From an uncultured delta proteobacterium (GTDB taxonomy: Bacteria; Desulfobacterota; Binatia; Bin18), in NCBI GenBank assembly GCA_963733195.1, contig CAVTCR010000073.1, positions 32,001 to 96,000 of the forward strand: a DNA stretch of 64,000 nucleotides, in the 5' to 3' direction. Made by a program: the position numbers and the translations under genes. The notes beneath the pieces are model-generated. The model was not told the DNA's origin. It worked only from the letters and a program-made list of their open reading frames with translations, and did not search any database. How positions within the stretch are numbered: position 1 is the first letter of the stretch; every line of letters starts with the position of its first letter. Shown here piece by piece: positions 40,855-50,393 of the stretch.

Positions 40855-43293
40855 ATGTACGGACTCGAAGGAGTGAAAGTCCTTGAGCTGGGCACGATGG
40901 TGTCAGCTGCATACGCGACCAAACTGATGGCCGATCTTGGCGCGGATGTGATCAAAGTCGAAGAACCGAACGGTGATCCGGCGCGTTTGCGTGGCCCGTT
41001 TCCTGGCGGAGTGGTCGATCCGGAGAAAAGTGGACTCTTTCTCTATCTCAACACCAACAAACGCGGAGTGACCCTTGATCTGAACCGCCAACATGAAGAA
41101 CTCCTCCGCCTGGTCGCGTGGGCTGATCTTCTGGTTCACAACTATTCTCCTAGCGATATGGCGACGCGAGGCATCGCCTACGATACTTTTTGTGAGATCA
41201 ACTCACGACTGGTGATGTGCTCGATCACACCCTTTGGGTTGACAGGGCCGCATAAGGACTACAAAGCGCACGACCTGACACTTTCGCATGCTGGTGGTTG
41301 GGCGTGGTTGAGTCCGGGCGCTCTAGAACGCGCGGATCTTCCGCCGCTTAAAGCATTTGGCCAGCAATGTGACTTTCAAGGAGGGCTCGCTGCCGCCACC
41401 GCTGCTCTTGCCGCGTACACCCGGGCATTGGACACAGGGACTGGGGAGCATATTGATCTCTCCGTTCAAGCCTTCATTGCCTCATTCCTTGAGCAAGCCT
41501 TCGTCTACTATAGCTACCTCGGTCGTATCGCCTCACGCTTAGGGCAACGGTACATGTATCCGTGGGGCATGTATGAGTGCCAGGATGGTCTCATCTTTAT
41601 TGTGATCCCAGAAGAGGACCAGTGGGAACGCCTCGTGGAATTCATGGGCAACCCGGAGTGGACCAGGTGGGAGATTTTTGCCGATCGGACCGGCCGCATC
41701 AAGAATCAGGATGCGCTCAAAATTTACGTAGAAGAATGGACCCGACAATGGAAGGTCGAGGATCTATTTCATGCCGGTCAGACGCGGCGGCTCTGTTTTG
41801 CCCCGGTGTTGACGATGGCAGGACTGGCGCGACAAGAACAGTTGCGCGCCCGTAATTTCTTTGTCGAGGTATTCCATCCCCGTGCTGGAAAATTGGTACA
41901 TTTGGGCCCACCCTACCAGTTGCAGGACCCGTGGTGGCAGATGCGCCGACCCGCGCCCTTGCTCGGAGAACACAATGAAGAAGTCAGGGCAAGTCTCGGG
42001 CAAGTCGAAACAAGTCGCGGGCGAGTCAAGGTAGAGCCTGCTGAGGGACTTCAGACGCTGGACGCCAGACGCCGGACTTCTCCGTTTCCGCTAGACGGCA
42101 TTCGCGTCGCAGATTTTTCCTGGGTCTGGGCAGGGCCGTATTGCGCGATGCATCTGGCCTACCTCGGCGCTGAGGTCATTAAAATCGAATCGCGGGCGCA
42201 TCTCGATCTGATGCGACGGTTGCCGATTGCTCCGCGAGGTATAAAGCCTGGGATTGATAGTTCTGGCCCTTTCAACCAGTGGAACCAGGGCAAGAAGAGC
42301 ATGCAGCTGAATCTGAGTAAAGCTGAAGGCATAGCGCTGGCCAAAGAACTTATTCAGCAGTGTGATGTGGTCATTGAAAACTTTGCCACCGGTGTGATGG
42401 ACACCTTGGGGCTAGGCTACGAGGAACTCAAGAAGCTTAAGCCTGATCTGATTATGGTCTCGATCTCTGGCTACGGGCATACCGGTCCACTCAAAGACTA
42501 CATGGGGTACGGTCCAGCGATACCGCCACTAACCGGGTTGTCGGCGTTAACGGGCTATCAGGGCGACTCACCACGAGAAATTGGTGTGTCCATCGGCGAT
42601 CCCAATGCCGGTATATCTGCCGCAGGAGCCGTCTGCGCGGCCCTTGCGGCTCGTAAGCGGACAGGACGAGGGCAATACATCGACGTGTCGCTCTGGAGTG
42701 CAGCGGCTGTTTTGGCGGCAGAAGGCTGGATGGAATATGCCATGAACGGCGGCGAACCGCCGCGTCAGGGAAACCGCGATACCGTGATGGCGCCACATAA
42801 TTGTTTTCGTTGTCTCGGGGAGGATACGTGGGTGACGATTGCCTGCGGCACCGAAGAAGAATGGCAGGCGCTGTGTCGCGCGATGGGCTACAGGCACTTG
42901 ATAGAGGACCCACGTTTCCGCACTGCACGTGATCGCAAAGCGCACGAAGACGAATTGGAACAGTTGATCACGGTCTGGACAGAACAGCATGACCGCTGGG
43001 AGATCACACGTATATTACAGGCTGTTGGCGTTGCCGCGTTTCCCTCGATGAGTAGCAAGGATCTCGCGGAAGATGTGCAATTGAACGCACGCGGTTTTTT
43101 TGCGCGACTCCCGCATCCGGAAGTTGGGGCACAGACGCACACAGGGATTCCGTGGATACTGACCAACGCACCCAATGGCGTAAGATCCGCTGCTCCCTTG
43201 CTCGGGCAACATACGGACGAAGTGCTAAGCAATATATTGGGCTATACAAATGAGGACATCGCACAGCTGAGGGAACAGCAGGTGTTGTATTAG
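40855..43293 (+). CDS. Tandem two-domain family III CoA transferase (CaiB/BaiF)
   Basis: Two modules (LGADVIKVE..NTNKR; LGAEVIKIE..NQGKKS), each ending APLLG(E/Q)H. Confidence 0.92.
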   Translation: MYGLEGVKVLELGTMVSAAYATKLMADLGADVIKVEEPNGDPARLRGPFPGGVVDPEKSGLFLYLNTNKRGVTLDLNRQHEELLRLVAWADLLVHNYSPSDMATRGIAYDTFCEINSRLVMCSITPFGLTGPHKDYKAHDLTLSHAGGWAWLSPGALERADLPPLKAFGQQCDFQGGLAAATAALAAYTRALDTGTGEHIDLSVQAFIASFLEQAFVYYSYLGRIASRLGQRYMYPWGMYECQDGLIFIVIPEEDQWERLVEFMGNPEWTRWEIFADRTGRIKNQDALKIYVEEWTRQWKVEDLFHAGQTRRLCFAPVLTMAGLARQEQLRARNFFVEVFHPRAGKLVHLGPPYQLQDPWWQMRRPAPLLGEHNEEVRASLGQVETSRGRVKVEPAEGLQTLDARRRTSPFPLDGIRVADFSWVWAGPYCAMHLAYLGAEVIKIESRAHLDLMRRLPIAPRGIKPGIDSSGPFNQWNQGKKSMQLNLSKAEGIALAKELIQQCDVVIENFATGVMDTLGLGYEELKKLKPDLIMVSISGYGHTGPLKDYMGYGPAIPPLTGLSALTGYQGDSPREIGVSIGDPNAGISAAGAVCAALAARKRTGRGQYIDVSLWSAAAVLAAEGWMEYAMNGGEPPRQGNRDTVMAPHNCFRCLGEDTWVTIACGTEEEWQALCRAMGYRHLIEDPRFRTARDRKAHEDELEQLITVWTEQHDRWEITRILQAVGVAAFPSMSSKDLAEDVQLNARGFFARLPHPEVGAQTHTGIPWILTNAPNGVRSAAPLLGQHTDEVLSNILGYTNEDIAQLREQQVLY

Positions 43294-43344
43294 AGTAGGT
43301 TTCGATTGCCTGAGTTTTAATCGGCATGCTGCGCACGCCCTACA

Positions 43345-44169
43345 TCATTTCCGTTTCGCCCAGCGTGGCGGGCGTTTCTCCAAAAAGGCGGACACTCCTT
43401 CAACAAAATCCGGCTCGGTCGCCATCCGTTCCAGTTGTTCTGTCGCATGAGTGACAGCGGCACGGACATCGCGATGCAAATCCGAATAAATCTGCCGTTT
43501 CGTCTCTCGCAGTGATCCTGGCGACACGGTCGTGATCAACTTGCGGACATAATTGTAGGTGTAGGGCATCAACTCGTCCGGCGGGAGGACGGCGTTGACC
43601 AATCCCATCGTCAACGCTTCTTCTGCGAGAACCACACGACTTGTTAGTAGGAGATCGTTGGCACGCGTCAAGCCGATCATCCTCGGCAGTATCCACGACA
43701 AACCGTATTCAGCAGGAAGGTTCAGTTTTCCATGGGAGGTCGTTAGTTTTGCTCCAGCCGCGGCAAAACGCAGGTCAGCATAACAGGCGAGAATCAGTCC
43801 GCCGCCAGCCGCAGCGCCGTTGATTGCGGCAATCACCGGTTTCGTCAATCCAAAGTGATATGCGTAATCGGCATCAAACTCAGGTCGCACGCCGTAGCCA
43901 GGTTTCGCGAGTTCATCGGGCGTTCCCGGATCATAACGACCTTTGGCAATATGTCCTTCCAGCGCTCGCGAATCCGCACCTGCACAGAATGCTCGCCCCG
44001 CGCCGGTAATCACAATTGCACGTACTTCCGGATCACGTTCCGCCTCGGCAAGGAGCCAGCGGTACTCCGTGTGCATTCTGCCCGTCCATGCGTTCATCCG
44101 TTGTGGGCGGTTGAGGGTAATGGTGGCGATTTCGTCTGCGACAGCGTATTGCGTGACTTTGAGTTCCAT
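43345..44169 (-). CDS. Enoyl-CoA hydratase/isomerase family protein
   Basis: ITLNRP, AFCAGAD, KPVIAAING. Confidence 0.92.
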   Translation of the reverse strand: MELKVTQYAVADEIATITLNRPQRMNAWTGRMHTEYRWLLAEAERDPEVRAIVITGAGRAFCAGADSRALEGHIAKGRYDPGTPDELAKPGYGVRPEFDADYAYHFGLTKPVIAAINGAAAGGGLILACYADLRFAAAGAKLTTSHGKLNLPAEYGLSWILPRMIGLTRANDLLLTSRVVLAEEALTMGLVNAVLPPDELMPYTYNYVRKLITTVSPGSLRETKRQIYSDLHRDVRAAVTHATEQLERMATEPDFVEGVSAFLEKRPPRWAKRK

Positions 44170-44329
44170 AGGGCTTGGATGCTATGCCCGTGGCGTGACG
44201 AGAGCAAGATCGTGTGGATGACGCGAAGTGGATGTGTGCGCGGGCATGGCGAGCAAGAGATTCTGATACACTGTGCTCTTGATAGTTACGGCAGGAACGT
44301 AAAGCTTTTTCTTGTGAGGAGGGAGCGGT

Positions 44330-45880
44330 ATGGCCTTCGTGAACGGTAATGAACAGGCGCTTCTGCAAGCGGTGTCCAAACTCGGGTACTGCAACCCGTT
44401 TCTCCCTGAGCGAATTAGCTACGAACGTGAAGTATTGGGTGCAGATTTTGTCGAAGGAGAAGCGGTGTGGAGTCTACGCGTGGATGATCCGAGTGCGCCG
44501 CGCGCGAACAATACCGCTATTGCTGAACGTGTTGCTGGGCTAGTGGAGAAGCTTCGTGAGCGTCTGAGTAGCGGCACCCACGCAATAGCGAAGGACCTCG
44601 AGTTGTATGAAGACGCGGTGCTGTTTCTCCTCTTTCATCGTACTCAAGTGCATTTCTATTCGCTCATCATGCAGAGCCAGCAGCAGCGGCCAGTCACGAA
44701 GCGCTTGGGATTCTACAATGAGTTCCTCCACGACTGGGAACACTTCTTTACTATTCCGACCGTAACCTTGCCGGTGGTGTACGATGCGCCCCATTCCTTT
44801 GCCTGTTTCTTCCAGGTACGACGTGCATTTCACCATATCATCGAATCGATCATAGGAAGTTCGCTGGCTGCTGCCCGTTTACGCGCTGCTGTGTGGCAGT
44901 CGATTTTCACCCACGATATGCGGCGATATCGACGCACGCTTTTCGATCGCATGGGTGATTTCACCACACTTATTCGCGGACCTTCGGGAACAGGGAAGGA
45001 GCTTGTGGCACGAGCGATTGGGTTATCACGGTACGTGCCCTTCGATCCCAAGACCCTGTCCTTTACTGAGGATTACCACGGTTCGTTCTATGCGATTAAT
45101 CTTTCTGCGCTGCCCGCGACGCTGATCGAGTCCGAACTGTTTGGCCATCGTCGTGGGGCGTTCACCGGTGCGTTACAGGATCGTAAAGGCTGGCTTGAGG
45201 TGTGTCCTGCTCTAGGGACAGTTTTTCTCGATGAGATTGGCGACCTGGAAACCACGATTCAGGTCAAATTGCTACGGGTGCTGCAAACCCGCATTTTCCA
45301 GCCTTTAGGCGATACGAACGACCGTCATTTTCGCGGGAAGCTGATTGCAGCGACCAATCGTGATCTTCTGACAGCAATTCAAGCGCGACATTTTCGTGAG
45401 GATTTCTACTATCGTCTTTGCTCTGATTTGGTGACGACACCGTCTTTGCATGAACAATTACGAGAATCACCCGCAGTGTTACGCGAATTACTGCTCTTTA
45501 TTTCCCGTCGTATCGCCGGAGATGAGGGTGACGTGTTAGCGCAGGAGGTTGAGGCGTGGATCGTTCAACATCTTGGGCGAGAGTATCCGTGGCCTGGCAA
45601 TATTCGCGAACTCGAACAATGCGCGCGTAACGTTTTGGTGCGCAAAGAGTATCTGCCAGCACCAGTGCAGAAACAGACGCCGACAAATGAACTTGTCGAC
45701 GCCTTCAATGCTGGGGCGCTGACGGCAGACGAGGTCATCCGTCGGTACAGTACGATTGTATATGCTCAGACTGGGAGTTATGAAGAGACGGCTCGCCGTT
45801 TGCATCTCGATCGGCGTACAGTGAAGAGTAAGATTGACTTCGAACAACTCGAACAGCTTCGAACCGCGAAAAAGTCGTGA
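44330..45880 (+). CDS. Sigma54-dependent enhancer-binding protein with an uncharacterised N-terminal domain
   Basis: GPSGTGKE, ESELFGH, GAFTGA, FLDEIG, WPGNIRELE, C-terminal HTH; no receiver domain evident. Confidence 0.9.
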   Translation: MAFVNGNEQALLQAVSKLGYCNPFLPERISYEREVLGADFVEGEAVWSLRVDDPSAPRANNTAIAERVAGLVEKLRERLSSGTHAIAKDLELYEDAVLFLLFHRTQVHFYSLIMQSQQQRPVTKRLGFYNEFLHDWEHFFTIPTVTLPVVYDAPHSFACFFQVRRAFHHIIESIIGSSLAAARLRAAVWQSIFTHDMRRYRRTLFDRMGDFTTLIRGPSGTGKELVARAIGLSRYVPFDPKTLSFTEDYHGSFYAINLSALPATLIESELFGHRRGAFTGALQDRKGWLEVCPALGTVFLDEIGDLETTIQVKLLRVLQTRIFQPLGDTNDRHFRGKLIAATNRDLLTAIQARHFREDFYYRLCSDLVTTPSLHEQLRESPAVLRELLLFISRRIAGDEGDVLAQEVEAWIVQHLGREYPWPGNIRELEQCARNVLVRKEYLPAPVQKQTPTNELVDAFNAGALTADEVIRRYSTIVYAQTGSYEETARRLHLDRRTVKSKIDFEQLEQLRTAKKS

Positions 45881-46057
45881 GGCACGGCTGATATGCCTCT
45901 CTGAGGTGCCACGTTGACTGGGACCGGTACACAGTGGGCATGAGCTAAATCAGACCACATAACATTGGCACACTAATAGTATTTGTCCAGCCTGTAAAAA
46001 AATGGTTTGAACCGCCGATAGCAGAGCTGAAGTATTCTGCATCGAGAGGTTCGCCGC

Positions 46058-47008
46058 ATGCTCTTGTATAAACCGGTCCGGCGATTCCGTTGTGATGTTG
46101 ATTCGCAGGAACTCTTTCGCCTGTTTCTTGTCAATGTGCTGTACAATATTCTCACGCTCGGTGTGTATCGCTTTTGGGGTAAAACACGTGTGCGTCACTA
46201 CGTATGGAGTCAAGCAAGTTTTGATGGTGAACGCTTCGAGTATACCGGCCAGGGGAAGGAACTTTTTCGTGGCTTTCTTCGTGCACTCACAGTGACTGGT
46301 GGGCTGATCGCAATAGCTCAACTCACCGCTTACTCTCTTGCTGTCGTTGATCCTTACCTCGAACGTATCGTGCGAATTGTCTTCACGTACATCATGTACA
46401 TCCTTATAGGAGTTGGGATGTATAGTGCTCGTCACTATCTTCTTAGTCGCACGCGGTGGCGTAGCATACGTTTCGCTCAGACTGGTTCGGCTATGACCTA
46501 TGCAAAAATTTGGGTAAGCACCCAAGGGCTTACCATTCTCACTCTGGGGCTTTACACGCCATTCATGCGTCATCACCTCTTTAGCTATATCCTCAATAAC
46601 GCGTGGTTTGGCAGCGAGCAGGTTAGCTACGATGGGAACGGAAGGGATCTGTTTGCCTATTTCTTGAAACCGTACCTCTTGCTGATCCCGACATTCGGTC
46701 TGAGTTGGTTTTGGTACCAAGCGGCGGAGTATCGTTATATTGCTGAGCACACCCAATTACAAAGCGTGCGGTTTCGTACGACCATTTCAGGCGGAGAATT
46801 ACTGCGACTCACTATAGGGAACTGGCTGTTACTCATCGCGACGTTAGGATTGGCATACCCACTCACTGTCGTACGTTCTGCCAAGGTGTTTTCCACTCAT
46901 ACGCGGTTGAATGGAGATTTCGATTATACACGGATAACCCAGCACGACCAGGAAGTCCCAACAACCGGAGAAGGACTCGTGGGGGTCTTCGGGATGAGCA
47001 GTATCTAA
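46058..47008 (+). CDS. YjgN/DUF898 membrane protein
   Basis: Repeated LTLG(V/L)Y motifs and YTGQGKELF. Confidence 0.9.
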   Translation: MLLYKPVRRFRCDVDSQELFRLFLVNVLYNILTLGVYRFWGKTRVRHYVWSQASFDGERFEYTGQGKELFRGFLRALTVTGGLIAIAQLTAYSLAVVDPYLERIVRIVFTYIMYILIGVGMYSARHYLLSRTRWRSIRFAQTGSAMTYAKIWVSTQGLTILTLGLYTPFMRHHLFSYILNNAWFGSEQVSYDGNGRDLFAYFLKPYLLLIPTFGLSWFWYQAAEYRYIAEHTQLQSVRFRTTISGGELLRLTIGNWLLLIATLGLAYPLTVVRSAKVFSTHTRLNGDFDYTRITQHDQEVPTTGEGLVGVFGMSSI

Positions 47009-47014
47009 GTCATT

Positions 47015-48133
47015 ATGATTTTTGTTTGTTTTCTCACCGATGGGCACACTGCCGAGCGTCGCTCCATTCGCATTGCTCTTGGATCCCATCACCTGCGACT
47101 CTTTGACGAACAAGGCACGCTCATCGACGAGTGGTCATATGCCGGGCTGCGATTCGTTGACATCTTGTACTGTGGACAGTCGGTACGACTCTCTCACGGT
47201 GATCGAAGTGCAGCCTGTCTGACCGTAGAGGATCAACGTTTCCTCCCACTCTTTGCGGCTGCTGTTCCTCGTCTTTGTAGAAGACGGCGAATGCAACGCA
47301 GCACAACCACGCGCTTGCTGTGCTGGGGAATGGCAGTGATCGTTACTATCCTTGGCTTGCTTTGGGGGATGCCTCGCCTCGCCGATCCGGTCGCACGTGG
47401 GGTGCCGATGAAATGGGAAGAAGCACTAGGGCGGCATATTACCGAGAACTTTGTGCGACACGCTCCGGTGTGTAACGGTATGACTGGACACGCTGCCCTT
47501 CAGGCTCTGACTGAACGGCTAGTGACTCCTGCGCTGGCACAAGTTCCCTTCAAGTTTGAGGTGCGCAAAGCTCAAGTGGTCAACGCCTTCGCGCTTCCTG
47601 GCGGGCATATTGTGGTGTTTGATGGGTTAGTACGTGCTGCACGATCGCCCGAAGAAGTAGCTGGGGTGCTAGCGCACGAAATGGCGCACCAAATCCAGCA
47701 TCATCCGATGCGGAGTTTAGTCCGCTCTCTGGGATTACGACTGATCAGTGGTGCGGTGATAGGTGGGTTCTCGGTGACTGCTGCTTCTGGAGCACGCTTT
47801 GGAGAGACGCTGTTTAGTCTGTCATATAATCGCGAGGATGAAACCGAAGCTGATCGTATCGGGGTCGCGATGCTGAACAACGCTAATATACGCGGTGACG
47901 GGCTCATCGATTTCTTTACTCGCTATCAAACTGGGGGTGAGACGAAAGTCTTTCGTTCGAAAGGGGAGTCTTCAACCCAGGAACACCTGATGTCGTTTCT
48001 TTCGACCCATCCTCCTGGCCAGGAGCGTATTGCGACCATCCGTTCGCTAGTACGTGGCAAACAAGACGCTCTGACGAAAGAACAATGGAAAGCGTTACAG
48101 GCGATCTGCGAAGAAACTCCAATTAAGAATTAA
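47015..48133 (+). CDS. M48 metallopeptidase
   Basis: NAFALPGG, AHEMAH, ETEAD, FLSTHP; commonly paired with YjgN. Confidence 0.9.
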   Translation: MIFVCFLTDGHTAERRSIRIALGSHHLRLFDEQGTLIDEWSYAGLRFVDILYCGQSVRLSHGDRSAACLTVEDQRFLPLFAAAVPRLCRRRRMQRSTTTRLLCWGMAVIVTILGLLWGMPRLADPVARGVPMKWEEALGRHITENFVRHAPVCNGMTGHAALQALTERLVTPALAQVPFKFEVRKAQVVNAFALPGGHIVVFDGLVRAARSPEEVAGVLAHEMAHQIQHHPMRSLVRSLGLRLISGAVIGGFSVTAASGARFGETLFSLSYNREDETEADRIGVAMLNNANIRGDGLIDFFTRYQTGGETKVFRSKGESSTQEHLMSFLSTHPPGQERIATIRSLVRGKQDALTKEQWKALQAICEETPIKN

Positions 48134-48212
48134 AAATGGAGAATAAGCAGAATGAAAGAGGTCATGTCGTTTTTTACTCATTCTTCATTTTTAACTCTTA
48201 ATTTTTCATTTC
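48121..48212. repeat. Inverted heptamer arrays (AAGAATT/ATTCTTC-like)
   Basis: aattaag aattaaa aatggag aataagc ... attcttc attttta actctta atttttc between convergent genes. Confidence 0.7.
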
Positions 48213-48953
48213 CTAAATCAGCCCTCCACCACTCATATTGAGAATTTGCCCGGTGATATACCCCGCATGCTCGCTGGCAAAGTAGGCGCAGGCCTCAGCA
48301 ATCTCGTTTGGTTTCCCAATCCGTCCGAGAGGGATTTGCTTGGTGAAATTGGCAAGTTCTGCTTCAGTCATATTGACGAGAATCGGCGTATCGACCAGAC
48401 CTGGGGCGATGACATTCACCGTGATGCCATAGCGAGCGACTTCTGGGGCGAGCGCCTTGACGAAGCCGTGCGTTCCGGTTTTCGCTGCGGCGATATGGGT
48501 CATATTGGGATAGCCAGTCAGACCTGAGATTGCAGTAATGCAGATAATCCGCCCCCACTTTTGGGCGATCATCGATTCAATGACCGCACGGCAACAGTTG
48601 AACGTCCCTTTGAGGTCAACATCCAGCACCTCATCCCATTCTTCTTCGGTCATCTGCAAAAACATTTGATGATGAAAAACACCGGCATTGCTGACGAGGA
48701 TATCAAGGTGGCCGAACTCTTTTATCGTGCGGTCGACCATCGCCTGCACTTCAGTTGTATGCCCGACGTTGGCACGAATCCCTAAGGCGCGACGGCCTAG
48801 GGTTTCGACTTCGCGAACAACCAAGGCGATTTTTTTCTCATCTCGCCCGTTGATGACTACATCCGCACCTTCGCGAGCGAACAAGACGGCGGTCGCACGA
48901 CCAATACCTGAACTTGAACCGGTGATCAGTGCTGTCTTTCCTTGGAACCGCAT
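48213..48953 (-). CDS. SDR family oxidoreductase, FabG-like
   Basis: TGSSSGIG, SNAG, IAPG; catalytic YxxxK appears as IAAAK. Confidence 0.85.
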   Translation of the reverse strand: MRFQGKTALITGSSSGIGRATAVLFAREGADVVINGRDEKKIALVVREVETLGRRALGIRANVGHTTEVQAMVDRTIKEFGHLDILVSNAGVFHHQMFLQMTEEEWDEVLDVDLKGTFNCCRAVIESMIAQKWGRIICITAISGLTGYPNMTHIAAAKTGTHGFVKALAPEVARYGITVNVIAPGLVDTPILVNMTEAELANFTKQIPLGRIGKPNEIAEACAYFASEHAGYITGQILNMSGGGLI

Positions 48954-49062
48954 AGCCCCTCCTTGTTTCACGTCTGGCTCTTGATGAAGAGTGTCCGAGG
49001 TGGTCTGGCGCGAGCATACCTGAAACCATACAAAGGGAAACGGGAAAGAGACGAAAAGGGAA

Positions 49063-49848
49063 ATGGATAAAAGGATAGAGGATAAGGGACATGCGTTTTA
49101 CGCGTTACGTTGTACGTTGAGCACTCTGTTTATGACACTTATAGTGACGCAATCGACCCAGGCCGCAGTTAATCACAGCCCGTGGAATACGCTTCTGCAC
49201 CGTTATGTCGACCAAAACGGACGAGTGGCATATCGCGACCTGCAGAAGCGAGATAGCATGTTGTTTGTAGAGTACCTGAACACACTAGCGCAGGCTCAAG
49301 TTGAAGGTTTGTCTGAAGCTGAAGAAAAGGCCTTCTGGATCAATGCCTACAACGCTATCATCGTGCAGGGCGTCCTCAATGGCTATACGGCTGAGAGCTT
49401 CATCTCGCGCAAACGATTTTTTAGCTGGTATGCGCTGCCGATTGCAGGCAAAGAACGTACGCCCGATGAAATCGAGCATCAGATTCTGCGTAAGAAATTT
49501 CGTGATCCGCGTATTCACTTCGCCATTGTCTGTGCCTCGACCAGCTGTCCGAAGCTGCGGGCAGAAGCCTACGTATCTGCGCGGCTTGATCAGCAGCTCG
49601 ATGATGCAGCCCGTGTATTCGTGAACGATCCAACACGAAATCTCATTGAGCCGGCACAGGTCGTCGTGTCGCAGATCTTTCAGTGGTTTGCCCAGGATTT
49701 TATCGATCAGGCTGGAACAATTCCCACCTTTCTCCTCCGCTTTGTCGACGACGAGAAAAAAGCTATTCTGGCGACCTTTACAAGAGAGTTGCGATACCTT
49801 GAATACAACTGGACGCTTAATGCTCAAGACGGGCAACGGGTGTCATAA
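49063..49848 (+). CDS. DUF547 domain protein (start uncertain)
   Basis: AFWINAYNA, IEHQILR, DPRIHFAIVCASTSCP. Confidence 0.9.
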   Translation: MDKRIEDKGHAFYALRCTLSTLFMTLIVTQSTQAAVNHSPWNTLLHRYVDQNGRVAYRDLQKRDSMLFVEYLNTLAQAQVEGLSEAEEKAFWINAYNAIIVQGVLNGYTAESFISRKRFFSWYALPIAGKERTPDEIEHQILRKKFRDPRIHFAIVCASTSCPKLRAEAYVSARLDQQLDDAARVFVNDPTRNLIEPAQVVVSQIFQWFAQDFIDQAGTIPTFLLRFVDDEKKAILATFTRELRYLEYNWTLNAQDGQRVS

Positions 49849-49909
49849 AAGAGGAGACGATGACACTATGGAAAAAGGGTCGCATCAAAAAAAGTAATCA
49901 GTAGCCACC

Positions 49910-50197
49910 ATGAAAGCCTTTTTGTCAGACATAAGTACCGCTGAAATCCAACACGAGAAAAACCGCGCCCGTGAACTGCGCCGTTCGGAGTGGTGGAAAC
50001 GCAAACGTGCATCAGGTATCTGCCATTACTGCCAACATCGATTCCCGCCAACAGAACTTACGATGGATCACCTCGTACCGCTTGCGCGGGGTGGGAAGTC
50101 CACCAAAGGCAACATTGTTCCCGCTTGCAAAGAGTGTAACACGAAGAAGAAGTATGCCCTGCCGTGGGAGGAGGAACTCGAGGGGAAGGAGGAATGA
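49910..50197 (+). CDS. Small HNH endonuclease
   Basis: CHYC, TMDHLVPLARGG, NIVPACKECN. Confidence 0.9.
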   Translation: MKAFLSDISTAEIQHEKNRARELRRSEWWKRKRASGICHYCQHRFPPTELTMDHLVPLARGGKSTKGNIVPACKECNTKKKYALPWEEELEGKEE

Positions 50198-50393
50198 GTG
50201 CTGAAGACTGAGTAATGAAAGACAGAAGAATGCAGATTTTTCAAAGCAACTATTCGCCGACTGGTTGCTAAGAGGTTTAAATGTCTTAGCCAGCTCGGGA
50301 CGAAATTTATAAGTAGAAAAGTAGACAGGGGGTGTATTCTCTCATATCGGACTTTTAACCCCCCAATCCCTAATTCCCGACCCCCGCTCTCCA

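Noticed and set aside
45966-45981. Sigma54 promoter TGGCAC-ACTAA-TAGTA upstream of yjgN
   Set aside because: The -12 element reads GT instead of the near-invariant GC; too weak to call.
45950-46756. Long antisense ORFs (also 694-1350, 16176-16829, 56693-57307)
   Set aside because: Shadows of well-supported genes, with no motifs or RBS of their own.
49910-50197. HNH nuclease as an anti-phage or homing element
   Set aside because: A small stand-alone HNH with no adjacent methylase, ATPase, intron or other defence context.
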